In this document: positions 23,661-36,352 of the stretch, piece by piece
How the letters are laid out: the number at the start of each line of letters is the position of its first letter
Position numbering within the stretch: position 1 is the first letter of the stretch
Source of the DNA: Curvularia clavata
Taxonomy: Eukaryota
DNA: 64,000 nt
NCBI GenBank assembly: GCA_023920165.1
Contig: CP089274.1
Coordinates: 2,542,001 to 2,606,000, forward strand
Reading direction: 5' to 3'
Notes under the pieces: model-generated
What the model was told of the DNA's origin: nothing
The model's database searches: none
What the model saw: the letters and a program-made list of their open reading frames with translations, nothing else
Translations under genes and position numbers: made by a program

Positions 23661-25048
23661 ATGGATGAAGATCTGGTCCTTGTCGACAACTGCCATACGG
23701 AAATTGCGGATCCATCATCCATGTCCAACTCACCAATTCGCATGAAGCGTATCGAAATCAGTATACCCACGGGACCTCGTGAACCCTTGGGACGTGGTGT
23801 ACCAACAGACGATCCTAGGACCCACAGTTTTGATTACACAATCGGTGAGAAGGAAGATGAGCCTTCTAGTTCTAAGGACTTTGACTGTACTCAAGAAAAC
23901 AAGGCGAGTGATCAATATACATGCGGCTGCGTGAAGAAGACAAAGAAAAGCTCTCTTGGTACCAATTCCAGACCAGGACTTGCTCACCGGAGGAAACCCA
24001 TTCAAACTGAGAGAAGAGATGATGAGCGTCCAGGAATTGAGGAGACACATTGCAAGTCTGCGGGTAGTATGAGCCCAACTCTGGACTCTCCTCCTCCCCC
24101 GTCTTCACCTCCATTCTCGCCCCCGCCCGTAAGTTGAGCATCTACAAGAGGGTTTGAAGAAATCTAGCTAAATACTGCACAGCCTCCACCACCTCTCAGT
24201 TACCAACCCTTCATGGATTTTCATTGCAACTACGTTCCGGCTCCTCCTCCACCTGTATGTACCTACATTGTTTTTGCTCACTGCGTTCTAATCACTACAA
24301 GCCACTACTACCGCTGCCACCGCCACCACCGCCGCCTCCACCCTCGTATGCGTGGCCTCAATGCCCCCCTGGCTTTGAGGTCCGTACAGCGGAGCAACTT
24401 ATACCTGTGCGTTCTGAAGCAATGTTTGCCTACAGTACCACAAGCCCCATTGTCGGGATTGTTCCTTTTCATCGCAAGGTACTCCTCGTGCGACACCAAG
24501 CCCATGCAGCCGACTACCAAGAGCACGAGTGGCTCTTGCGGTTTGCAGACACAGGAGTTTGGTATGAGAAGCCAAATAGGACCTTGGTGAGCATTGGGCA
24601 TCATGAGCGGACCCCAAACAAATTGATGCCAATGACACAACCAAAACCTGTGTGTCTGGAACTTCCCAAAGTATGGGCATCTGCGGCTCTGACTACATCT
24701 TTGGACAACGCCACTAGTGTTGTAGATCAACGCCGGTCAAAAGCATTGAAAAGCAGACCCCTTGTCTATTGCTTGGTTCTAAGTACCTACGAAACCATCG
24801 TCAATATGGGACAAGAGAAAATCTATGGATCGCAGATGTACAAACTAGTCAGATGCGGCAGCCGCGAGGCTGCTGCGACGGAAGCTTTCTATGCTGCTGG
24901 TGTACATGGCTATAATGTTGCGTTTGCCTGCGTGATGAGGCTTGACGAAGACTTTGCAGGATCATTTGGGAGGGCAAAGAAGGTCGAGCAGCTCTCCGAT
25001 TTGGCACTGGAAAATCATTCCAGAGAGGATGTCCGCGTTTTCTACTAA
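23661..25048 (+). CDS. Hypothetical proline-rich protein (introns 24129-24182, 24255-24301)
   Basis: GTAAGT and GTATGT donors with branch sites and acceptors join three ORF pieces in frame; poly-Pro middle and a globular C-terminus. Confidence 0.65.
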
Positions 25049-25603
25049 CACTCCAAGAAAACCACCAAAAAAAAGGGAACAGGAGTTGGTTGTTTTCCTT
25101 TCTTGGGTTGCACCGGGGCTTTGAAGAAACGATTCTCTCTCGCCGTCATGAATTCGAGACACCTACGGCAACACTCTTCTACGGTGTGCATTTCGCCAAG
25201 CCAACTCATAGACTCGAGAGGATCCAGTGCTGCCAAGGCGGATTTCCGAGGCCTTTTGCGACACCCTACAGGTGTTAGGGAATTTGGCATCGTCACCTTG
25301 CCCTTCACACGGACAAGCTACTGGTTTACATGGACGCATACAACATGCGTAGCCCTGATGCCTCAACCAAATCGTATTCTTCACTGTTAGGGTTGGTCTT
25401 CTGATCCTAGTCTTCTCGAATGGAGCAAGAATCCTGCTGTGCTCATTGCGCACACGACTGTCAGCAAGGGCGTTGTGATCGCCCTCCAACATCCGCGGAA
25501 CAAGACACTGATGTATAACATACACAATCACCCCCATTTCCATTGTTGCTTTTGAAAGCCTCTTTCGTCTCTTCACCCAAATTCCCAACAAAGCTGTTAC
25601 CAT
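25045..25603 (-). pseudogene. Possible frameshifted or spliced hypothetical gene
   Basis: Two overlapping minus-strand ORFs (25163-25603, 25045-25308) with Cys pairs; no family recognised. Confidence 0.2.
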
Positions 25604-26071
25604 TCCCGCTAGTATCTCTTCGTGGCTTACATGGCGTTCTTCTTGTTGTGAGGCGTTCGGGATGGGGTATACGTATGGGCTTGTTTGAGATCCTGGCGCC
25701 CAGGCATACGCTCTAAAGCTATGACGATGGTATGAGGATTATGGATAGGGGTTGAACATTGTAGGTTGAACGTGCGGAAAGCATATGCAAAGGGTCACAT
25801 GCATCGTAACGTTACTTGATAGGAAAATTGTTGGTTGTATTCGCTGAATACCTTTGTGTTGTCTATTGTCGTTTTGTAGACTTCCTGGTGACAGCCTTAA
25901 ACCGCATACGGTAACCTCTTGAAAATATCTCTCAGCAGGTTACTACTACTCAGAAGAAACAGTGGGGGGCTTAGTGGTATGCAAATGGTCTCCAAACACA
26001 TTTTTGTCGTCTCCGCTATACGCACATGGATACTTTGTTCTAGATCTTGCATATTGAACCGCTAGGAGAGC

Positions 26072-26960
26072 TCATAGCTTCTTCTTCGTCACTGGCTCCA
26101 AGCCCCTGTGTTGCTTGGCAATCATCTGATCTAGTCTTGCATAGCAATCAAGTGACATGAAGATACCTGTGTTGCATCAGCTCCACCATGCTTCTTCCCC
26201 TAATACTCATGTCGCCAAACTCAGACTTACCGAGAGCCAAGTACCCACCGTACATGCCACCAAGTCCCTCTAGGCCCCTCTGTGCGGGACTGAGTTCTTC
26301 CCAACTCAGCATTTCACACAAAGACACCAGAGTCGTAAGGCTCGTTTCAAGCCCGAAGACAAGCAGTGCGAGAGGCACACGGGGGTCATCGCGCAACAAG
26401 GCGGGAATAGCCCAGAGCGTTACAGGGACGTGATAAACCAGTTCGAGAAAGAGGAGGACAGGAAACCAGGCTGGAGCATTGTAGAAGAATCTGTCGCCAT
26501 ATGTAGCAACGTACCAATCGCGAACAGAAGACATCCACAGGGGTTTGATTTGGATCGGGTAATAGGCTGTCAGGTCGAAAGCTGGATTAGGTTAGCAAAT
26601 CGATCGAGCCTTTGATTTGGAACATTCGCATCATCGTTCATCTCCGAGATGCTATTCCTTTCACGAAACAGCTTTGTCCGATAACCGTGATGTATACCGC
26701 GGAGCTTGTGGTGGCGCATTGACAGAAGTGGCGTAGAGAAGAGGCAACCAGCGTGTCATCCGCGGAGGCCTGATCTCAACAGCAATCAAATCCACGTGGA
26801 CAATTTTCTCCGCTAACACAGTAGGGCGGTTCTGGCTGAAAACTTCATGGCCTTGTGTGCATCCAGAACGGCGAGTCTTACCTAGCATGACCGGCAGGTG
26901 TACAATGAAGAAAACCAGGTACACAAAGTCCCTCTTCCGGCTAAAGATAGAAACCGCCAT
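26072..26960 (-). CDS. EXPERA-domain ER membrane protein (TMEM97/sigma-2 receptor/Ema19-like); introns 26881-26582 and ~26230-26167
   Basis: RDFVYLVFFIVHLPVML|AFDL...WYVATYGDRFF...PAWF...LELVYHVP; basic ...TKKKL C-terminus consistent with KKxx ER retrieval. Confidence 0.85.
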
Positions 26961-27475
26961 TATTCCCGAGAATCCGCCACTTCAGGTAAGGACTAGATGT
27001 TGGATGTTGTTGGTGCTGGAATCGAGAGGATGTCGTGTACAAGTTTTGTCAGCAGAAGCCACGCCGTGTCGAGGAAACGAGTGGGGCGCCTGTGGGTCTT
27101 GTCTTTCTTTCCCCGTGGGCCTCCGTTTCTCCACCCGACCACGTCGCATCAACAACTCCATTGAATGATTTCTGAACCACCCCTGGTTATTCTAGTCGCA
27201 ATTTCTCCAAGGCTATACATCTGACTCAGTGGACCTGGCATAATTCTCGAGGTGCTTGCCTTACCTACCGTACATAGACAGACCGCTCGTGTTGCACCCT
27301 GGCGTTCACGATCGGCAAAGGCTAGAAGCCTCTCTGCTCGGTTCACCTCCATGAGGCTTTATGCTTGCGCGTCATGACTACAAGTTGCAACACATTGTTG
27401 ACTTCTACTCTGGTCTGGTTCACATGTCCCGTTCTCGGCATGAGCGGGCCTGCCACTGACTCTAATGAGCTGCTC

Positions 27476-27871
27476 TTTAGCCATCGTTGGCCACTCTCCG
27501 TCCCGCATTTGACAAAACACGACGGTGAGACGCCCTCGTGATTGGGGCTTCATGGCGCGCGCCTGTCAGCATGCGGCCCGTCCATTGGATCCGCAACGAG
27601 AGCCGTTGCCCGTCGTCCTCAAAGCTTAAATTTGCTCGGCTGAGTAGTGTCGGAGTGTGAGGTATTTAGCCTAAAGAGCCATTGAAATAGGCGGGCCTTG
27701 ATCCGAGCGCAAGACATTGACACAGGTGGACGGACATTGCGGGGACCGCGGAGGCTTACATTGTCATCTGTGTCCAATTGTTGCTCTCGCAGGGCTCGTC
27801 TGACTGCACTTAGGGTGCGCCCAACATGCAGCCGAAGGAGCGTTTAGCCTTGGTATGCTTAAAGGGCTAAA
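27476..27871. promoter_or_regulatory. Cluster of four XlnR/Xyr1-type GGCTAAA sites plus CreA-type SYGGRG sites upstream of the sugar porter
   Basis: TTTAGCC at 27476, 27665 and 27843; GGCTAAA at 27865; GCGGGG at 27739, GCGGAG at 27748, and CTGGGG at 28048 just outside this span. Confidence 0.6.
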
Positions 27872-28124
27872 CAGCATCTACCGGTCATGGCGGGCGACGA
27901 TCTGGGAAGATGTGTGGCACCAATGTTCTCCACGTTGCCATGACCCTATCACCGGGGTGCTGGATGATATGCAATGGGGTAACCCAGTTCTCCACATTGT
28001 ACATAAAGAAGGCGCCTTCGCCGCATGTGCGTAAGATTTCCGACAACCTGGGGTAATTCTCAGACATCCTCATTTGAGCCTTCTCGCAAAAACACCCGAC
28101 GTATTTTGAATCATCACTATCGTC

Positions 28125-30141
28125 ATGGCTGGTGGAGGTACTGCTGCAGTCGGCTTCGATGTCGCACTCCAGAGGCGTCAGGCCCTGATGGGCAAGAGTG
28201 GTCCAGGAGCTCTCATCAAGAATGGCAAGGTCTTCCTCATTGCCATGTTCGCCTGTCTTGGTGGTGTGCTTTACGGATACAACCAGGGCATGTTCAGTGG
28301 TATCTTGCAAATGCCATCGTTTGGAAAGCGTACGTAACCAAAAGCTTAACTGCTTGCTTATGCTGACACAGAGAAGAAACCGACGGATATACTGAAAACA
28401 CAACAAAGAAGGGATGGCTGACTGCCATTTTGGAACTCGGAGCTTGGTTCGGAGCCATCATGTCTGGTTTCGTCGCTGAGGCTGCTTCGCGAAAGTACGG
28501 CATCTTGATCTCCACCAGTGTCTTCATCGTTGGTGTTGTCATTCAAATCACTGCCATCGCTGGTGGCCATGAAGAAATTCTCGCTGGTCGTTTTATCACG
28601 TTAGTCTGCAATAAACCTATACATTCAAATCACCACACTAACATGTCACAGCGGTATTGGTGTCGGTGCTCTTTCAGTCATTGTACCCATGTACAACAGT
28701 GAATGCGCGCCTCCGTAAGTTTTTGCCGGCGGGATCGTAAAGACAACATACTTACTTGGTACAGTGAGGTCCGTGGAGCTCTAGTCGCGCTCCAGCAACT
28801 CGCCATTACATTTGGTATCATGATCAGTTTCTGGATCAACTACGGAACAAACTACATTGGTGGCACCACCCTCGAAACCCAGTCAAACGCAGCATGGCTT
28901 GTACCCATTTGCCTCCAACTCGTCCCTGCATTTGTCCTTCTTATCGGAATGATCTGGATGCCCTTCTCCCCACGTTGGTTGATGCATCATGACCGGGAAG
29001 AGGAGGCCCGCAACAACCTCGCATCTCTTCGCAACCTGCCCATTGACCACGAGCTTATCGAACTCGAATTCCTCGAAATTAAGGCGCAATCACTGTTCGA
29101 AAAGCGAACTGTTGCCGAAATGTTCCCTCACCTCCGGGAGCAGACTACCTTGAACATTTTTAAGCTGCAGTTTGTGGCTATCGGTTCCCTATTCAAGACA
29201 AAGGCTATGTTCAAGCGGGTTGTTGTTGCCACCGTAACTATGTTCTTCCAACAGTGGACTGGTATCAACGCGGTACGTTTCAAGCTTGTCATTACGACTC
29301 GCAGACCTAGGCTGATTTACTAATTTATTGTTAGATTCTCTACTATGCACCTGTCATCTTCGAGCAGATCGGATTGGTCGGCAACACTACGTCTCTCCTT
29401 GCTACTGGTGTGGTCGGAATTGTCATGTTCATTGCCAGTGAGTTCTTCCGTTTCGATAGAGCAACGAATCACAAAACTAACACAGTTTCCAGCAATCCCA
29501 GCAGTCCTGTACATTGACCGCGTTGGCCGTAAGCCCGTTCTGACAGTCGGTGCCCTTGGTATGGCCTTCTCTCACTTCGTCATCGCTGTTATTCTGGCCA
29601 AGAATATCAACAACTTCGAAAACCACAAGGCCGCTGGATGGGCTGCAGTCGTCATGGTGTGGCTGTTCGTTATTCACTTCGGATACTCCTGGGGACCTTG
29701 TGCCTGGATTCTGATTGCCGGTAAGCATCTTTAGATCCTAACTTGCCCACACATGATTACTAATTCGTCATCACAGAAATTTGGCCCCTTTCCACTCGTC
29801 CGTACGGTACCGCGTTGGGTGGCTCCTCCAACTGGATGAACAACTTCATCATCGGCCAAATCACACCCGATCTCCTTTCCGACATTACCTACGGAACCTA
29901 TATTCTGTTCGGAATGGTCACCACCCTCGGAGCCGCCTTCATCTGGTTCCTCGTCCCTGAGACCAAGCGACTTACCCTCGAGGAGATGGACACCATTTTC
30001 GGCAGCGAGGGCACTGCTCTCAAGGACCAGGAGAGGATGGCAGATATCAACCGGGAGCTCGGACTCGCCAACTTGGCAGATGGCTCGTCTGGCGTCGAGC
30101 ACGAGACAAAGGTTGTCAGCACCGAGAAGGAGGCTGTGTAA
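28125..30141 (+). CDS. MFS sugar porter (monosaccharide transporter), about 6 introns
   Basis: GGVLYGYNQG, PMYNSECAPPEVRG, QQLAITFGI, PFSPRWL, FFQQWTGINA, DRVGRK, GYSWGP and PETKR sugar-porter motifs. Confidence 0.95.
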
Positions 30142-30935
30142 AGTTGCCCATATTTTAGGGCATATGTTTGTCGCGTTGAGTACACCATCTCACTCAACGA
30201 GTGTATTCTTCGACGGCGAATAAATGACGAGGTGGTGGGGACCAGAATGAGCGCTTTGTTGATTTTACGAGAACAATACATTTTGTCTCTATCAATCATT
30301 TTAATGCACATGCTTCTCTCTCTCTGGGGAACAAAAACCACAAGAAGAGAACTATAGTAATTTGAAAACATATTTCAAGCTCACTCGGAATCATTTGCGT
30401 GTGAGCGTTGACTTTTCGACCTGTTCCGAGAGTAACTAATTACCTGATCCCAGCACATCCTAGCACTTCTTCCGCCCCATCGGCCCTACACGTACATACC
30501 CTGTCTCCAAGCCCCTTCATTTAGGCAGAGGGGAGGGCAATCAAATGTCGAGATATAAATCTTCTGCATGCGGACGTACGTACATGATGGTTGTATTGGT
30601 TTTTCCCCCAATGACGGGCATGCAAGTCGGGCCGACGCGATGGGGCGTATCTCCGGCACGCGCGTGTTTCCGATGTCCGTGGAGATGGGTTTTGGCAAGG
30701 GAGACGTTGATAACAGCATGGATGCTTGTATATAATAGGTAAGCATGAGATATGGAGGACAGGGTATATTTTCGTGGGCTATGGGTGTGTATAGGGAGTG
30801 AGATTTTGCTTGGCGGTTGGGTATGTGTGGTACAGAAGAACAAGAAGAAGGCTTACGTCAGATATTCAATTGATGTAGAAGACTCTTATTACATGTAGAC
30901 TATACAGCCATGTCTTTTTGGTGGCCGGCTATTCT

Positions 30936-32187
30936 TTACAGACCCAAAGTGGCCATCAAGCTCTTGCTGAAGCCCTCTTGATCTACACCCCTACCAATAA
31001 GGACTAGCTTGCCCTCTGCACTTCCTTCCGCAGCCTCGTTATCCAACTCATTGGTGTCGTAGATGCTGCGCACGCCCTGAGTCAAAAGGATCTTTCCGTC
31101 TTCTACCGGTGCACGGCCCTTTAAGCGATGAATCTCAAAAGGTTTATGGGGCGTGTCGTTTGGCAACGTCTCTTCCCATAGCACGGTGCGAAGGAACAAG
31201 TCGTACTTGTCGACTTGGTCGCGGGATAAGGCAGGGAAAGAGATGGTGGAAGTAGTGATTGTGGGATCGAGGTGGCTGTGTCCTTTGCTGGCAAACTTGA
31301 GGTCAGCATCTGATACTTTGTCGTATGCGTTCAAGTCTAGAACAAGGCCTTCGAGCTGTGGGACTTGGCTTTTGGTTGTTGTTCTGATGCGGGCTAGACC
31401 GTTGATGGCGCGAACGCGGTCGGTGACTAGATCCAACTCTTCTTGAGTGACGAGGTCTGTTTTGTTGATGATGACAACGTCCGCATGGCTGATTTGCAGG
31501 TGGGCGGTCGTGAGCAGCGGACCATGTTCATCGTGGTCGGTTTTCTTCCGCTGTTGGATATTTTCCTCGTCGCCCAGGCCTTCGTCTAGGCTCTTGAGTA
31601 CGTTCTTTGCATCAACGAGTGTGACGATGCCATCGAGGAAGATGCTGCTGCCGAGTCCGTCATCGAGCCAGAACATAGGTGCAATGTTTCCAGGATCTGC
31701 GAGACCCGTCGTCTCGAGGAGAATGTAGTCGAACAGACCTGATTGCTCCATTAGGTTTTCGATGGCGGCGACGCCAACATCTTTCACTGAGCAGCATATA
31801 CATCCGTTTGCCAGTGGAACGAAAGGTGCTGGCTGGGCGGATGTGGAATTTGCATCAGACACAGTGAGCTGCTTCTCGATGTCGATTGCTATGTCCGTAT
31901 TAGGCCAAAGTCCAGTAATGAGACAGAGGGTACACACAGTCACCAAACTCGTTGAGAATCACGGCAATTCTTTTTCCGTGTTGCTCGGTCAGGATATAGT
32001 TGAGCAAAGTCGTCTTGCCAGCGCCGAGATATCCAGTGACGATGGTGATGGGCACTTTCTTTGGCGGTGCTTCATCTGTGCTAGCTACAAGATTGGGAAC
32101 ATCATCTTCTTTGTCGTTCAGAACTTTGGTGTTGGTGTCTGGCTGGATGAGAGTGGGCACCTCATCGTCTGATGCGTCGGCGCTCAT
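30936..32187 (-). CDS. CobW/COG0523 G3E GTPase zinc metallochaperone (ZNG1-like; intron 31937-31889)
   Basis: Walker [19 protein letters not shown] metal motif, [12 protein letters not shown], and a CobW_C region (HRLKG, QGVR). Confidence 0.93.
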
Positions 32188-32742
32188 GGCGAAAAAGGTT
32201 GAGCTAAGAAAATGTAAAGAGTCTATGCAAGATCCAGAGCTTTTGTATCTGGAGACACGTTAGAACTATCTTTCCAGCTTTGAATTGCTTCGTTTAGACA
32301 CGTCGAAATCAAAAAGCACCAAAGTTCAGACGCATTGACGAAAAGTTATACACATGTCATGTGAGCCACACAGTAGTCTATCCGCTGAAGAAACACTACT
32401 GTATGACAAGGGCAGCACTTACAAAAATGCGGCTTACAAAGAGATAGAATTCTGGACATCCACGAAAGACGAACCGGTGAAAGGATGTACCCCAGAGTTG
32501 CGTGCAAACCAATAGGCATGAATGACGTCGTGCGGAGGGGAGCAAAAAGGTGGCCCGCAACCAACTAGCGCAGTCGCGTACCGCGGCGGGATCCCTGCAC
32601 CTGCCCTGCGCCGGCAGTGCCAGGTCCAGTTGTCCGAAAGTCAACAACGAACCTAACACCCCGCCTCAGGAGTTGACATAGGACAATTGCGAAGCCAGCT
32701 CGAACTCTCACATCCCAATCGCTTCCAGAATTAATTGTTAGC

Positions 32743-34300
32743 ATGACTTCACCCGCCTCCCCTCGTCTCCCCAGCCCACCGCCCATTCCAGAAGACCAGC
32801 TGTCGCCCATCTCGACTTCAGCAGATCAGCAGAAGCTCTTCAGCAACCTTGACCATGCCGCCGAGAGGAGGATACGACCAGGAACTAAGGCGGCAGACAT
32901 GGCAGAAGGGCCTCCCCTTGTAGAGCTCTCGGAGGTGTGCATGATGGTCAACAAGCTGCAGAGGCGCATTGCTAACGTTGGGCCAGATTGATTCAGCGTT
33001 CCAGCTCACCGAGCACCTCAAGGCCCTACACAACTTTCTCACGCACCCGGTAGGCTCCAACGGGACCGTCCCAATAGACCGAGAAATGGCACTCAAGATT
33101 GCACACGCGCCTGAGAATGTGGACCGGACACTGTGGCTCTACGAACTGTGCCGCTTCCTCATACAAAAGGTCAACTCCATCATAACGGCCCTGTTCGCAG
33201 ACAGCCCGCCCTGCTCGTCCTTGACTTGCCCAGAAATGCGTGCGTCAGAATGGCAGTATCTATGCGCAGTTCACGACCCACCGAAATCATGTTGCGCCAT
33301 CGACTACTGCTGCCACACGCTCGACTGGGCCGCCAACACACTCACATCGCCCAAGCACTTTCCGTCACGACTTGCACTAGGCACCGACCAGACGACGCAG
33401 CACTCGCAGACACGTCAGCTCACCAACATCTTTAGACGTGTGTACAGGATATTTGCACATGCATGGTACTCGCACCGGGATGTGTTCTGGCATGTCGAGG
33501 GACGGACTGGGCTGTACATCTTCTACAAGACAGTTTGCGATGTATATGGCCTGGTGCCAGAAGACAACTACACTATACCTCCAGAGGCTGAGGGTATTGA
33601 TCCCAGCTCCGAACCAAAGATAGTAGCTCCACCCCAGATTATGAAGCGCGAGCCTTTGGACTCGGGACCACAAGGGTCAGACAGCACACTGGCCGGGGCC
33701 ATGTCGGAGCATTCACTTTCAACTGCGGGCACAACGAAGCGACATAGACATTCGCCATCGGTAGGTGCGACAGTTGTGCACACGGTGGTAGAGGAGAACG
33801 AAGAGGAAGAGGAGCAGCCCGACTTAAACGCCCGGCCCGTAACGCAAATCTTTGAGCCAGTAGCAGAGGGGGAAAGTGGGGAAGGGGATGACGACGAGGA
33901 TGACGAAGATGATGAGGATGGCGACGAAGACAGTGACGGAGATGTCACTGCAATCGAAGATGGTGACGAAGAAGAGAACGAGACTGCCGAGGTGGCTGAG
34001 ACAGCGGCGTCAGAGAGCAAGGAAGCTGATAACGAGGAAAAGCAAAGCACTGGAGATGTGAAGGCCGGGGATCCTGGACCCAAAGCCCAAGACAAGGCTG
34101 CTGATGAAAGCGCCACAGAATCTGCCAAGAAAGATGAGCCCGAGGGTTCAAACGAGACTGCTGCGGGGGAGACGTCTCAGAAGGATTCTGAAGCTACTGA
34201 GGAGACGGAGGCAGCAAAGTCTGAACAGACAGGAGAGTCCGAGGGTGGTGCAAAGGCGGCTGACAAGGCGGACGAGGCCAAGACAAAAGCGACAGAGTAG
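32743..34300 (+). CDS. MOB4: MOB4/phocein (STRIPAK subunit, Mob3 in filamentous fungi) with acidic C-terminal tail; intron 32935-32986
   Basis: LWLYELCRF, CPEMRASEWQYLCAVH, CCAIDYCCHTLD, FPSR and IFRRVYRIFAHAW phocein motifs. Confidence 0.92.
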
Positions 34301-36352
34301 GTTTTTGTCACTGGTGAAGGGAGCGAGTGAGGCTATTACCATGCACATTGTATTATTTTTTATTTCTTTTTTTCTTGCTAGCGACAGTGCAGGGAGGCAC
34401 CATGGCTTGGCAAGATGTATGGATTAGAAAAGGGATCCTGTCCTTTGTCGACGTATGATGTATAATATTTTCCACGGAGAAATGTCACGCGTGGCATGGA
34501 CGAAGAGCTTTGACGTCAGGCACTTATCCCATTGAATGTGAGGGAGCATATGATCGGTGCTGGGATGATAGACGTGAGGGTGTGGATGTGGCATACGGGG
34601 CTGCACTTTCCCCCTGTGCTCTGGCAACTCGAACCGATGTGTGTCTGTTAGTGTCTGGAGATGGCGTGGTGCTATTGTACATGTTTGGTTTCCGCGGATA
34701 TGCCCCACCGGTATCTCAGCCATTGGAAACAGAACCAAGAATCTGAGGAAGCAATAATGCGAACCGGATACATCGGTCGATGGGCGCGATATGGCAAACG
34801 TGTGGCTTGAGCCCATCTAGCCTGTTGAGGGATAAGTTTCCCGTTTCTTCTTTGGTGAATGGGCAGTTCTGGATGAGGTCACTTCGGGGGGGCGATGCAA
34901 ATGCATGGGTGATAGATCTTGCTGTAGCAGAGATTGAGGGACGGACAAGAGCATGCAGCAGAAAGAGTCTGGTTTGAGTGCATTGCTAGCTGCTATACGA
35001 ATACTAAGACGTGGTAGTTGAAGCCAAGTGAGTACCGAATGTGGACACGGATGCGGAATGGGGCGGTCGCCGAGGATCCGAGCAGGCAGTGACGACCGGG
35101 CCGCGCCTTATTGGCAGGCAGGCAGGCGCGTGCACCGCCGTCTAGCGCGGGACCAGGGCGGGCTGGGTAAAATGCTGGCCAATTAGCGGGCGGCAAAGCA
35201 ATGGCGCATTGGTGATGAGATGTGGAAATTAGTCGCCTTTGGGGTTGGGATGGTGTGTTAGTGGGTGTGTTGAGAGAGTGTGTGAGAGTATGTGTGTGCG
35301 AAGGAATGGGGCGGGTTTAAGGTAGATGGGGCGGGACGGGGTTTTGATTGCAGGGAGACGGAGGATTGATTCTGGTACGTATGCGTGTGAAGGGCTCAGC
35401 ACACGAGCAGGATGCTATGTTTTTGTAGGGCGCCGTGGGAGAAAGAAAGTAAGCATTCAAGTGTGTTGGGGCGCCCCCACGGCCAGTCCCACGCCCGCCT
35501 AGGTTCCCTTCTCCACACGGTGCTAGGGAGCTGCAGGGAGCTGTGGATGGCACGGTATAGTAGTCCGTAGTCGAGCCTCGCGTTCGAGTCTTGCCGGCGG
35601 CATGCTGGCTGGCTGGCTTCCCTTTTCCTGGCCTTTCCGGCGGGTGATAGAGTGCTTGCTTGCTTGCTTGTTTGTTGGCGGGCGCGGTGCATGCAAAGGG
35701 CGGCCTGCAGCAGCTACCCCTCACCTCTTCAGCCAGGCGTGCCAGGGCAGCCCAATTCGAGATATTATCCACTGCCACGGCATGTCGTCGTTCTTATCGC
35801 GGCTACTGCGGACTCGGCCTCGTTGCGTCTCTCGGCTCGCCGCCGCAACGGAGCTTGCCTTACCTTGCCTTACATACTGCGCCCGTCATTCCCATCCCAT
35901 CTCCCACTCTGCCTGTGCCCGCCCCCGTCCACCTCCCACGACTTGCTGTTCTCTTCCCCACGCGCTCAGGGTTCGCAACTGAAACCCCCCCGCACCCTGC
36001 AAGTCATCCGCCAGGGTTCGCCCATTGACTCCCACCAAGCCACACGACGGCTGCTTTGGTAGTCGACACAGGCATACACTCTCGTTGCCGCAACTACGCC
36101 CTCGTCTGCTTTTCCTTCTCCCACACCTGCCTCCCTCTCCACTGGCCTTCTCGTGCATCCATCCGCACAGCGTCACTTCCCAAAGCAGCATGCACGCCCA
36201 CCACCGACCCTCTCTTGACTAGCTCAACCACCACTGTTTGCCCGCCCGACACGCGACTTGTGCTCCACCGGGGCCAACAACCACCACGCGCACCCTAGCT
36301 GCGACACCTGCGACACCCGACGTCCCCCCAGCTTCCCCACCCCCCACTGGCT

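Noticed and set aside
33568..34128. Ser-rich minus-strand ORF
   Set aside because: Antisense shadow of the acidic MOB4 tail.
34420..36350. Several 70-150 aa ORFs and short (GCTT)/(GGCT) repeats upstream of the C2H2 TF
   Set aside because: GC-rich promoter or 5' leader with no protein motifs or coherent splice structure.
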